A stretch of 64,000 nt of DNA. Source: Euprymna scolopes (lineage: Eukaryota). The DNA is taken from NCBI GenBank assembly GCA_053919585.1, contig CM132819.1; one strand, written 5' to 3'. Made by a program: the position numbers and the translations under genes. Shown in pieces: positions 42,819 through 56,800 of this stretch. The first letter of the stretch is position 1. Every line of letters starts with the position of its first letter. The notes beneath the pieces were generated by a model. That model was given only the letters and a program-made list of their open reading frames with translations. It did not search any database and was not told the origin of the DNA.

Positions 42819-45800
42819 ATGACGGTTTGCGAATGCAAGATATTACGATCTGGGAAGTATGCGAAAACTTTTCGTGGAATCTAACGTGAGAAGCCCTGTA
42901 CAAAAAGCCTTTAGCAGACATACACAAACGTTCGCACCCATTTTTTCCTTTATATAATAGATTCCCCTGGGTGCCCAGCATTGCCCGGGTGTTTGTAGGT
43001 GTGTGTGTGTGTGTTGAGAAAAAAAAAAAGTTGTAGAAGGCAGGCTCGAACCCGTGACGTGAAGGCGGGAAAGGAAGTAAAAGAAATTCTGACATCTTAC
43101 CGCTACTCTATAACGCGACCGGAAGTCTAAAACATTCAGATTTAACAGTCAAACAAAAGAGGACTTGCAGAAATGGCGTTGCTTTTAAATCTCCCATGAA
43201 AGCAAATTAGACACAAGGTCCTTTTTAATGTGGAGGGAAAAGCAGCTTCCCGAAAAAGGAGGCACTCTGACAGTATCCAAATAAATAGTAATTGTCTCAG
43301 TATGAAGGGTTTCCCCTACATTGACCAAGGACCAATTACAGAACAGATACTACCTGGCCCGAAGGCCAGGCAGTCGCATGCAAATAGTTTCGCTTCATTT
43401 ATACAAACAAAGACAAACAAACAGCTGACACGGTGGCACAGTGGGAATTTTGTTTAACTCGATAAAAAAAAAAAAAAAGTAGAGACAATGTCCATTTGCG
43501 AATTTGAGATCTTACGATCTGGGAAGGATGCGAAAACTTCTTGTGGAATCTAACCGACGGGAGAACCCCCCACCCAAAAAGACTTTCTTGGACATACATT
43601 CGCGCCCATTTTGCCCTTTATATAATAGACTAGTCTCGGTGCCAGCATAGTCTGTAGAGTTCTCATAGGTCAAATCGTTGAACTTTGACCCCTTAACAGC
43701 CAAATTTCTGGCCTGAAATTGATTACAAAGATTTTCCCAAATCTCAGTACTCTGTATATCAAATTTCGAGTCTGTAGACTGAGAATTGACAGAGTTATTG
43801 TGTAGGAAAATGTACACAGAAAGACACTTTCACAGATATATAGATTCTAATTTACTCTTATCTTTTTATTTAGTAAAACCGAGGTGCTCTTGAAGACCTA
43901 ATGAACAAAGAAACAGCTATTTTAGTGATAAGAGAGTTATGTCCCTTTATTATGCAGAACTCTTAGAAGAGCAAAGAAACGAGATTGAATCTTTAGATTA
44001 ACAACATGAACAAACACGTCCCTTTTATTTCCGATCTTTTCCAATGTGTAAATATCTCCAGGATGAATAATTATGTTTATAACGTCAGTATTTTAATTTT
44101 ATTTGAATTTTGTGACATATTATACAAGTACGTTTATCTTAATATTGGGATAATTCCAAAAAAATTATTTTATGTCAATTTGAAATTAAAGTATAAATAA
44201 TTTGATACATGACAGGAACCAGGTTTAATTACTTACTACAGTTGGCTTCATCCGACCCATCAGAACAATCATCATAATCATCACATTTGTAGATAGCATT
44301 TATACATTGTCCATTTTTACATTCAAATTGGTTAGCTGGGCAACGCTGTGAAGTGGCTGTGCACAAAAGATGAAACGTGTCAAAATGTTAAGTGCAATGA
44401 AAAGGGAGATAAGCGTGCAAGAGAAAATGAAAATAAAAAAAAAAACAATTTACATGTGTGTTTGAAGAGATAATTACAATGCTTTTCAAGGATGTATTAC
44501 ATCCTTTCCTTTTTATCACTTCCAAAGTAGTCTATCTTTAGCCAGGTCTTTATTCATCCTCTTTCCCTCAAATTCAACCCCTGTCATTTCCTCCTATGTT
44601 TTTCTCGGTCTCCCATTTTCAACTGATCCTATTACCACAACTCTTCTACATCTTATCTTTCTAGACGGTGCTAGTCTTTTTCTACTCTTAGTATTTCCAC
44701 GATAGGGGCTCGACTGAGCTCACACTGCCCTTCCCTCATATAATCTCAGCAAGACAATACATCCAAAAATTGCAGAATTTAATCAAGTAGAACATCTATT
44801 AGTTCAGAAAAATGTATAGATATTATGATAAGAACTAATGGCTGGCATTAACGTTGCATCAACTTTGAAAAAACGAAGACAAAAAAAAACAAAAAAAAAA
44901 ACAAGGGAGATAATTTAATTTCCCCGGCTTTTGGTCATATTCTGACTATCAATATAAAGACAACAGCGAAATAAACAATTTTCTATAAAAATTAATTCAT
45001 ACAAAAATCTACTTTATCAACTATCGTAATTTTTGGATATATAGCTCTTTGAGATTGTAACAAAGACGACTGACAAGTATGTAACAGCAGTAGCATCTCA
45101 CATATACAAATGAACAAGCCATGGCGCAGGGTAACATCACAATGAAGGAAGAGAAAGCAAAGAAAAGCAGAGTGGTTTGAAGCCCTGTGGTGATGACAGC
45201 AACTTGCAAACAAATGTTGGTGCGAGAGGAAATTTTTACAAAAAAAAAAAAAATGGTCAGACGACCATATACAGTTGGGGCAGAAATAGCAGCTGGTTGA
45301 ATTTTTGCTGACTTGGAAAATTATGTGCCTATGGTTTGGTAATAAAACGACGGTAAATAAATGTGTTTTGTTTCAACCGAAGAAAAAGTCGAGTTGAATT
45401 TCTTTCCTTTGTGACTGCATATGTCTTGGGTCCGAGTGAAAATGTACTGGCCACGTTACAAGGTTAAAATTATTCAAGTAATAGTATCTTTAATTAAAAC
45501 GACATATTCAATTGTAGCCTAATTAGAAACAAGAACTGGTATTGGTTGCTTATGGTGTGACTGATATTCCCATCATTCAAAGAGACATATGGGAGAATGT
45601 GGATGAAACAAAAGAATGCCTAGTATCCAGAAAGAGTGACAGACTATTGAGTTAAAGGAATTATGCAAATTATTTATTCCTAGACTAGATGCGCAATTCT
45701 TTTGTTTTTAGTCAAGTGTTTATATCTTAGATGAAAGATGTTCGTATTTTATTTTCCTTTGTCTGCCAATGCTGTGAGAGTTGGCCACATCTCGATTTGT

Positions 45801-47772
45801 CAGTAATCTGTTGCAATTTCTATCTTGTGTTTATAATTTTTGTATGGAAACTTTCAATACGCCTGGAAAATCTGAAAGAGTCAACCAGAAATTAGCTTGA
45901 CTAGCCCGGTGAAAAAAAGCATACGTAAACCATGTTTAGTGTCGGATGCTGCAGAATAATTATTCTTTAATAAAACTGAGTTGCTATGGCAACAGTCATC
46001 ATCCATTTTACATGCTGACATGTGCTCAACAGCTTTTAGAAAATGAATTCCAAATTAATCTACCTCAGACATTTTTCTGTCTCTTTCTTTCAGGTCCCTT
46101 CTTTTAAATTATTCCCATATTTTGCTTAACCTTCCCTTGTAAACTGGTTCTCTTACTTGAACTTTTCTACATCTCTTAGCGCAACAACTCCTTTTTTTCT
46201 ATGTGGCTACACATTCTGCAAATATACCCGTTATACTGTCCTGATTCAATCTTCCTCTGAGGTCTTCAGATCTAAACAACATAGTGAAATACGATAGAAA
46301 TGGCATAACACTGATATATGACAACTGAAGAAGGTTGAAATAGTCACAAAGTTTTGCCAGAATCCTTACATCATTCTACCAGATTTTATCTAATATTTGT
46401 TTCCTCCAAAATATCTTTTTCATAGGCTGAACATTGATAGCTTGTTTTTGTTTTGTCGTTGTCGGATTTAATAAATGTATAGATGGTAATTATTTTTAAG
46501 CAATAAAGCTTGAAGATAGCACATGGACTATATGTGACATGCTAGCTCATTTAAATTGCAAGTTTATTTAATGTGGAAAAGACAAATTGAGATAATAGTA
46601 GTAAGGTGCATAACTTATAACTTTCCTATATTTCTCTAAGGCAGAAATAAAACCTGGCTGAAGAATAAGTTAAATATTCAGGTAGTGTTAAATGAAGTTA
46701 GACTGAGCATAGTAAAAGCTGATCTTACAGATGTTCTACAAAACAACTGGTTTCCAGTTATGGACTTTAAAGTTCGATTAAAAAAATATTTAAGTAGAGT
46801 CCATTAAAAATCTAATTTACTTACTAGTACAATCTTGTTCATCTGAAGCATCAGAACAATCAAATGTATTGTCACATTTCTTGTTAGCATCGATGCATTG
46901 TCCGTTTTTACATTTGAATTGGTTGGGTTGGCAACGTTGTGGTGTAGCTGAGTGAGTGAGAGGTGAAAGAAAGAGAAAGGTGCAGTGCATAGAAAGATAA
47001 ATGCAAAGAAAATGTGGTACGTATAGAAAATGGTGAAAAATATTAGTTTTTTTTTTTTTTTTAGAAAGAATCCAGGATATTTATTGATAAGAAAGCATTA
47101 ATATTTGTGAAAGTCTTTTTTAAATTTAAACTACTTTTATCAAAATGATCGTATTCGAATAATCAACGCCAAAGGATACATTTTTGAGTTTAAGAATAAA
47201 ATGTTCATTTTGCAATACTAAAAAATAATTGACACTAGTATAGATTTAGGTTTATTTAGTCATTAGAAATTGTGCCCATTTATGTAATAATCACATTTGC
47301 TTAATCTACTTACAACAATCTTGTTCATCTGAAGCATCAGAACAATCAAATGTTTGGTCACATTTCTTGCTAGCATCGATGCATTGTCCGTTTTTACATT
47401 CGAATTGGTTGGGTTGGCAACGTTGTGCCGTGGCTGAGCAGAAGTGTAAGGTGGAAAAAATGTTAGGTGCAGTGTAGAAGAGAAAGAAAGCAAAGAGTGC
47501 AATAAAAACAGCTGAGATTGAAGAAGAATTTAGTTTGTCTTTTTTACAGCACATCGACCTTTTACAGATATTTAAGGTAGAAATATAATTCATTGTTTCA
47601 AAATATTGCTTCTAAAACAGAATCGATAATTAAAATTCATGTGATTTTCGGATTAAATATTAATAAAAATCTAAAATAATCATTACTACTACCAAAATAA
47701 ATTTTAAAGTAAATACAGCGAGGAAATTTGTTAAAATATTAATTTGATTGAATTACTTGTAATATATATATA

Positions 47773-47816
<44 letters not shown>

Positions 47817-50800
47817 ACGAAGTTATCGAAGAATATATCTTTAACAAAGCAAATGTATCAAAATAGAGAAAAGTTTGCACTGTTAAATAAATACATAACT
47901 AAAAGAGGAGGAATAAAAATTACACAAATATATTATATCATCAGATAAATAAGAAAAGAGTAAGAGAGAAAAACTCTTTAGGCCATAACATTTCGAAGCT
48001 AAATGTTTTTCATCAGAAAAGAAGGACCAGAATTATACAATATGTAAAATATATATCTAAAACTGGCTTAAGAACATTTAGTTTGGAAATGAAGAAAGTA
48101 TATATTAGGAAATATTAAAGGCGGTTTGAAATACAAGAATAAAAACTTTGAAATATAAAAATATAACTAGTTCAGCATATATATATCATACAAAATCACT
48201 GTTATAACCTTTTGTTTTCATCAACGATAGCATTACAGATAAGATACATAAAAATGTAGTGTATGGAAAGGAAGGCTAGGATACAAAATCAGGAAATAAG
48301 TAAATAAAAATGAGATTTTTAAGAGAAAAGTTTTAAAATTTGATAGAGATTAAAATACTGATTTATAATAAAATTTAATTTTATGTATGACAATTTTAAA
48401 ATAATTTACAATATTTGCATAAGTTAATAAAAAATGAAATATTAAAATTTACTTTTTACTAAAAATTATCCAATAAATGTTTATCATATCATTTGAAAGA
48501 GTAGATTTATTTATTTTTAACAAATCTGATGCATTGTTATATTGTGCCAATTCAACTTACTACAATTAGCTTCATCTGAAGCATCAGAACAATCAAATGT
48601 TCGATCACATTTCTTGCTAGCATCTATACATCGTCCATTTTTGCATTCGAATTGGTTGTGTTGACAACGTTGCAATTGGGCTAAGTGTGAGGGGCGAAAG
48701 AAATGAAAAGTGCAGTGCATAGGAAGAAAAGTGAAAAGTAGTACAGAAATTAAAGAAAAAAAAGTTACTACGGAAAATGATTTATGACATTGAGAAGAAT
48801 TAAATTTTCTTTTGCTTTTATTTAAATGTCATTAATTTATTTTAATTTTTAAATATTATGTGACAGTCCTCCTGATCAAGAAATGCTCTGGACTTTTCCA
48901 ATTTTCATTACGGACTATAATATAATATAATCAACATCTCCTGAAGAAGTTTCCAGTTAATTTAATCTGGCTGACCGAAACATGCTCATGAATGTGTAAC
49001 GACATAAATGCTAATGTAAAACAAATAGTAATCTTATTTTCTAATCAACTTACGACAATCTTGTTCGTCTGAAGCATCAGAACAATCAAATGTTTGGTCA
49101 CATTTCTTGTTAGCATTGATACATTGTCCGTTTTTACATCTGAATTGATTAGGTTGGCAACGTTGTGCAGTGGCTGTGTGGGCGGGAAGTGACAGGAAGA
49201 GAAAGGTGCAGTGCACAGAAAAAGTGGTGCATAAATGGAAAAGTTATTAAAGTATAGGAAAGGATTTTTGAAATTATTGATGAGAAAGCATAAATATCAA
49301 TTTAAATTTAAGGAATTTTCTCTATTGATTGTTATGGAATAATTTAGTTAGAATATTTCGAATTAAAATGAAATTTACATGAATTTTATTATTTTGTGGA
49401 AAGTACAAAATTTAATTATCTCAATCATGAAGGGAAGTTTTTTTTTTAATATTCTTGATTAAAAGCAAAAAGGAATACAAAAGTCATCTGACCTGTTTCG
49501 CCTTCACTCATTAAGAGCTGCATCGAGGGACTTTATTTAAAAAAAAATACAAAAAAAAAACGGGGAACTGTGTATATTTATACTAAAACCAGCATTAGTG
49601 TGTAATGAAGGAATGTCTTGGAAATTTTTGATGTTTAACCCTGATACACACTCATTGTGTTTACAAAGGGAGGGTCGTTTTAAACGAACATGGATAGTCT
49701 CCAAGATCTTCGTGCTTATGAGTCATATTCACTCGAAATATCATTTAAAGATTTTAGAGATTACCCACGTTCATTTATTTTCTTTTGGTAAATTAAAATC
49801 CTTATTACTTATTTACTTACTACAATTGTTTTCGTCTGAAGCATCAGAACAATCGAATGTTTGGTCGCATTTCTTGCTAGCATCGACACATTGTCCATTT
49901 TGACATCTGAATTGGTTAGCTTGACAACGTTGTGCAGTAGCTGAGAGCGAAGGGTTAATGAAAGAAAGAGACATCCACACAAATGTTAAGTGCAAAGAAA
50001 GAAAAGATTGTAGAAAAGATAGATTTGTTATCAGAAAGTTATAAAAAAGAAATTGTGAAAACAAAATGGGAAAACTTAATCGCAAGAACAAGGGCATCAC
50101 ATGACTAAGATTTAGTAGACAAAAATACGTTATTTTTTTTTTTACTTTTATTTAATCTAAACAAGCGACATTGCCACCGAGACACAAGATACTACCATAA
50201 TTAGGGGTCAGATTTATAGGCAACACCCTAAATGCACCAAAATCAAGGAAAGAAGCTATTAGAGTAGACCGTTTTCTAGTATCTGGAGATTTCTACAATG
50301 ATGGAATGGGATTTTTACTGCTAGTCAGGTTTGTTTAGGGTATTTACATTTAGTGGGTACAAGTCCAGTAAGTTTATTAGAGCGCATTTCATGGAAGCAC
50401 TTGTAAAATAAGTATAGGGATACAACATTGCAACAAAAGGACAAGGGCTGCAGCTTGGTAGTGCAGCACTTATGTTAGAGACTGTTTTTGTACTCTGTCC
50501 AAGAAGGAGGTGAACCAATCTAGATATGGCAACAATATGCAATGCATGGGCAAATGGATTAATTCCTTACATTTTCATTCTATAAACTCTTATCCACTAA
50601 AGATAGTAAAACTGTTTAGGTGACTAAAGCAGTATTGCTGTCCTAACAAGCAGCTTTCGCCAAGGGACAGAGTATTAAAAAAAACATGTTTATCTTTGCA
50701 GGTGCATATTATCTTATTGACTTTGTCTATTAATGACATCATCAATGATCGCCACTTTATAATATAAATCTCACCTGTCTGTTTAAATGTATGTATATTT

Positions 50801-53800
50801 GTATGTCTGTCTAAAACTTTCGACGGAGGCAACGGATTTTCACGAGATCAGTATCATTTTGAAGCTCGACCCTTCGGATGGTGAATATAAAAAAGTTGGT
50901 TAAAAACACTAATTCCTTCACCCTCAACTAGGCACTTTTTTTTTTTTACAAAGAGGGGTCGCTTTTTCGCCGATATTTTCGAAAGTTATCTCTTTTCAAT
51001 TGACTAGCCTTAATTTAAACCTTCGCCACTCCTGGTTTGGCGATGGACACATAGGCAAAGACGTCACTTTTTTTTTTCACGTTCTTTTCCTCCTTCGTGG
51101 TATTGGTTCAGGCCTGCCTGCCTGCCTACTACCACTTTTTATTTTTGTTCAACACCCCCCCCAAACACCCGAGAACGCCAGGCACCCAGGCTAATCTCAT
51201 AAAAACTAATTATATATAAACATTATTTGAATATTAACCAGATCATGTTAATTACATATTTACTGAAAAAAAATAAAGGTAGGCTCCCTTCATCATGTTA
51301 GAAAACTTGTCCCACCTATTAGTGTCCTATATATCTATAAATCCATCATTCATGAGTATTGTTGCCACATCTGGGTTTGTGCATCAACCTCTCCATCGTA
51401 GTGTGCAAAAACAAATTTTTAATCTTATAGGTTCCACACTGTCTAGTAAGCCTCATCTGCTATTGCACCACTGCAGTATTGCTTACCTCTACTTATTTTA
51501 CAAGTACTTCCATGAAATTTCCTCTGCTGAGCTTACTGAACTTTTACTTCCTACGTAAGTACTCCTGATTCACCTGATTAGCAACAAAATCACGCTCCTT
51601 CTCTGTAGAGGTACTAGGATGCCACAAGATTTTCTATGTTGATAGCTACTTACCTTTGGAATTAGCTCCCTGCTCCTTATTTCTCCGATCATACATGCAG
51701 AAATTTAAGTTTAATGTGGACAAAAAATTTTGCTCCTTATCTCCCCCCCCTTACAGGTTGTCCCCCCACCACCATTTTCCTATTAATTTGTTCCCTATTA
51801 TAATAACCTCTAATGCTTCAGTGGCAATATACCTTGTTTGGGATGAACAAAAGTAATTTTTTTTTTTTTTAAATACCTCCCATTTATGTTTAACTTATTT
51901 TGTTTGTTTACCATCTAATTTGAATATATTTGACAGTTTAGATATATATATATGTTTTAATTAAAAGAGATTAATTATATGTTAATATTTAAAGAAAAAA
52001 AAACGAGTACCCACTTTTGCGAACCATTATGATATGTACATACCGTTTTATGAAACGCACTTTATGAAATGTTGAAGTTAGTGAGTGTAAAAATTTTAGT
52101 TAAGTGTTCGGTTATTTTCCTATTAAGACTGTAGACGAGAGGGGAAAAAATAAGGATTACTTTATTAATATATAAGCATTATTAACAGTTTATGTGGATC
52201 AATCTGCATTTCGATGTAAATGTGTGCCTTTGGGACTGTAAATTTAGTTAAGAAATCAAGATTAAAAATATCTAAAAGTGATCAGACAGAACAAAATTAG
52301 ACAGTTGAAAATTAACCTCATTTAATGTGTCATTTACTCTTCCTACAAGTAAACTTGAAGTACAAAGCACTACTTTGTATTGAGCACTTTTGAAAAAATA
52401 TTGGTTTTAAGTTCATGTTATGAATATTTTACATATATATGCATGTATGTGTGTGTTGTAAGATTTAAAATTTTTAAAACTATTAATAATAAAAAAAAAA
52501 TATCATAAGTCCTTTATTGAAAAACTTCTTTGCATGAAAGTCAATCTCTTGCAATCACTGCATTAGTGTGCTTACAAAAATTTACATTGGACCTAATATT
52601 GTAGGGACCAGTGGTTGTTTTTACCCTGATGAAGTGTTTTAGGAATTTAAACAATTGATTTACGATATATATTTATATATATAACGTTTTTTTAAACTGG
52701 TAAGATTTTATTGGCGTTTGTTTTGAAGTTTGTATATATCAACATTTTCAACCATTCATGAACTACATTTAACATCCGAATGAATGCATTGACGATGATA
52801 CTTACGAGCTTTAACGGCGGACCATTATATTTTTATTAGAAATAATTTAGATATCCCCTCTTATCTTTACTTTTCCACCAGATTTTATTTTATCTTACTT
52901 TGTTTATCAACATTAAAATAAGTAACTATTTTCCTTTATATTTTAAATATTTTCCAGATATATCTGCCTTACTTAAAAATGCTAGTTTTATTTTTTGGCG
53001 TCTTTAAAAAAAAACCACCCAATATTTTTGCTGATGATGAGACTGTTTCATAAAATCAAATGATAAAATTATTATCCAAGACTTATCCATCTCAATAAAA
53101 ACATCGTTTCCGAAACGATCGTACAATTTATTGATTTTGTTTGTTCTTCCTTGTGAAACCGATTTTTAATTTTAATTATAAATTAACAATCATCTTACTC
53201 AATATTAAAATAGCTCTGGGATATCTATACCTATCGAGCGGTGCTGTCTTCTTTTAATTGTATTACTGAATTACTAATGCATTAAAATAAACACTGCTCT
53301 TTAGACTGTTCTAATCCTCTTAAAAAATATACATATATAATTGGTTGATTAAATTCAGGTATATTTTAAACGTGTGTATGTATGCATACATTTTTATTTA
53401 CAAAGGAGTTACCACTTATCACGGCCTAGAGGCTACTCAAGGATAAGGGTTAATGAGTGTACGATAGTCAATGGGACAATATCGTAATCTTAGTGGAAAT
53501 TTGTTAAACTGGATTACTTAAATATAGTATAAATCAAGTGAACACACACACACACACACTATATATATATATATATATAAAGAGTAAATTTAAAAATGTA
53601 AGGACATACAAATAGAATTCTAATTAAAATATAACTCATTTGTTACATGACAATAACTAGATTTAATTACTTACTACAGTTGGATTCATCTGACCCATCG
53701 GAACAATCAACATAGTCATCACATTTGTAGCTAGCATCTATGCATTGTCCGTTTTTACATTCAAATTGGTGAGCTGGGCAACGTTGTGAAGTAGCTGAGC

Positions 53801-56800
53801 AAGAGAGGTTAAATACAGAAAAATGTTAGGTGCAGTGCAAAAGGGAGATAAGTGAGCCGAAAAAATGTATACACAAAGAAAAGTAATGATTTTTTTATTT
53901 ACATTTGAGTATATATTTATTTCCATTAAGTATGATTGTTTATTGAATCAAAATATATATATTAAATATTTCACACATCTCTAACTACTGCCAATGCTAT
54001 CATATTGGAGGAGTGTGCTCACATGGTAGATATAGCATTTCCTTGACACATGACAATCGGAATATCCAAAAAGACACTATATTTTTTAGTGAAAACAAAA
54101 GCAAAAATATAGTAATGAACGTGTCTCCGAGGGGCACAGGCCTATAATACATTCCTCTGTAAAGGGCACTTTTAAAACAGGAGTAAAAGGGGTAAGTGCT
54201 TAGGCACCCCCTCCCCTCTGCATGTCCTTGCTCTACAAGCTATGAAGCTTTAAGATGAAGTAAAGCATATTACTTCCTCAGAAGATTGATTGTTCATGTC
54301 ACATCGGGGTAACCATTGTAAAAATAAGGCATTTGGTGTAAAATTAAATTCAATGGCAAAATTTATTTTAGTATATTTTACTAACTTTATTTACCATCTT
54401 TCCCCAACCAACAAAAGCTAAGAAAATTTTTTTTACATCAAATGTTACAATAGAGTTAATTTTGAGTTGGACATGGCACGCTTTGTGTTCCATAAGGTTG
54501 ACATCAACAGTTCAACTGCTAAGAAGCAGAAAAATATAAGTAGTCATGCAGAAATGCATCTCACACAAAGTGTTTTCATTGAATAATAGATCAATCACAC
54601 TGTACACACACAACAATGTACACACACAACAATGTAGAAACATTAGCTTAACTGGAAGGAAAATAGTTCATCCAAATGTAACGGTTACTCTCAATAAAAC
54701 AGAGTTTATTTGAGATAGTAAAGGCCAATTGAGATTATAGCAGTAAGATGTAGAATCATAATGTTTATATATTTGCCAAAAGCAGAAATAAGACCTGGCT
54801 GAAAAATCAAATATCCAGCTTTTGTTTAATGAAGTTAGACTGAGCATAATTAAAGCTCTGATCTTACAGGTGCTCTCCACATCAACTATATTGGTTGCCA
54901 GTTATGAACTTTACTGTTCAATTTAAAAAAAAAATGCACAAGTAGAGTCGATTAGAAATCTAATCTGCTTAATAATATTAAAGTGGAGCATTTTTACAAA
55001 TTATTGAAAAATGTTTGCATTGATCAAAAAGAAGTCAGTTTAATACTTATTTTGTTATATATATATATATATATAACATTTTTAATTTAATAGTAACTTT
55101 TACATAATGACTTTTTATGACCATTAAACTGACAACAATCTTGTTCATCAGAACAATCAAATGTTTGGTCACATTTCTTGCGAGCATCGATACATTGTCC
55201 GTTTTTACATTCGAATTGGTTAAATTGGCAACGTTGTGTCGTGGCTGGGCAAGAATAGTTAAAGATAGAAAAATGTTAGGTGCAGTGCAGAAGGGAAAGA
55301 GAAAAAAAGTGCAATAAAAACAGCTGAGATTGAAGAAAAGAAAGAAAATTCATGCTCATGTGAATTGTAAAAGATTCAGTTGGTCTCTTTTACAGCATAT
55401 CAATCCTTTTAATTTTAGTATTACTTAGATTTGGACTACTGTTCTAATTCTTGAATGTTATTCTCACAATGTTTTAGCCGATTTAACTTCCAACCTCCTT
55501 CCAGTGTATCTTGTCGAACGCAAGCATCTTTTTGTTAAACTCTGCAATCTGAAAGGAATTTCAAATAGAATCCTTTATTTAATCCACAGGGGTAGCATGC
55601 TCTCATTCCATCTGCTATGAAGAGTAATGTATTTCACAATTATATTGTGAGTATTGGCTGCATTGCAGATGTATGTTCAACTTCCAAAAGAGTGTCACAT
55701 AGAATTGAATTTTACGTAGTACTTTATTCGTCACTCCACTGGTCCTTGAGCATGCTACCCCTGTGGATTAAATAATGGGTTACATTCGAAATACTGTTCA
55801 GATTTCAGAGTCTGACTACATCTGAAGAAGGTTGGCGATTACATCAGTCGAAACACGAGAATAATACTCAAGATAAGAACAGTAGTTCCATTAATTCAAA
55901 CTATCTTTTCTTGTAAATTTAATGTCAAATTAAAATCCATTGTGAAGGGAGATAAGCACATTAAAAACTCAGATTAAAAAAATAAATTTTGGATGTGAAT
56001 TAAAGCAAATTAGGGTTTTTACTTAATTTTGTTAAAAAATCTCATTCTTTATAAAACTATAAAAAAGGCATTAAAAAAATTAAGATTTTCTGAGGAGACA
56101 TTTAAAATGATAATCTAAATCGATTTTTCTCAAATTTTTGACCTTACATAATACTTCAAATATCACAAGAACCTCCTCCATTCAATGTAAAAAAAAATAG
56201 AATTAAATACTATATCTTTCATTGTAAATATAGTAATTAGTGGTTTATTTAAAAATTAATAGGTTTACAAGAAGGTTCTGGCAGAATTTTTAATTACAAA
56301 TAAGTTTTCGTTATAATACCTTTATTTTATATATCATTTTAAAGAACGTTTTCGTTCTATTTATTGATTTAAATTACAATCATTTTAAACCAATTGTCTT
56401 CTTTTTCAGAACGTTGTATAGTATAGTATATGTATCTTTGAATTGATTTATGTAAAAATTGATATTTCTTTGTCATTTTTTTGCAATCTTTATAAAATTC
56501 TTAACTAACTCTTCAAATAAATGACATATCTCCAGAACCACCTGTCACTCGATGTAAATACATAGAATGAAATATATCTTATTTTATTTTCATTATAGTT
56601 TACATGTGTGTGTATATATATATATATACACACATATATATATTTGAATAACTGGTTTATATAAAAATTAATATTTCTTTGTCATTTTTTTATCTAATGC
56701 TAAATAAAAACTTACTGTTTGTTTATAATACTTTATTAGGAAGTTTTAATTGATGCAAAAAAAAAAAAAAAAAAAAAAAGTTTTAAGCTGAAGCCAAAAT

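Larger units (their letters stand above)
9050..47500. repeat. Higher-order tandem repeat: five ~6.7-9.6 kb units, each with up to five LDLa exon types and homologous introns
   Basis: A-type exons at 11137/17961/24617/31663/40490, Y-type at 12110/20061/26911/34600/44237 and 123-nt T-type at 15428/22572/29344/37248/46825, with alignable introns between them. Confidence 0.92.
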
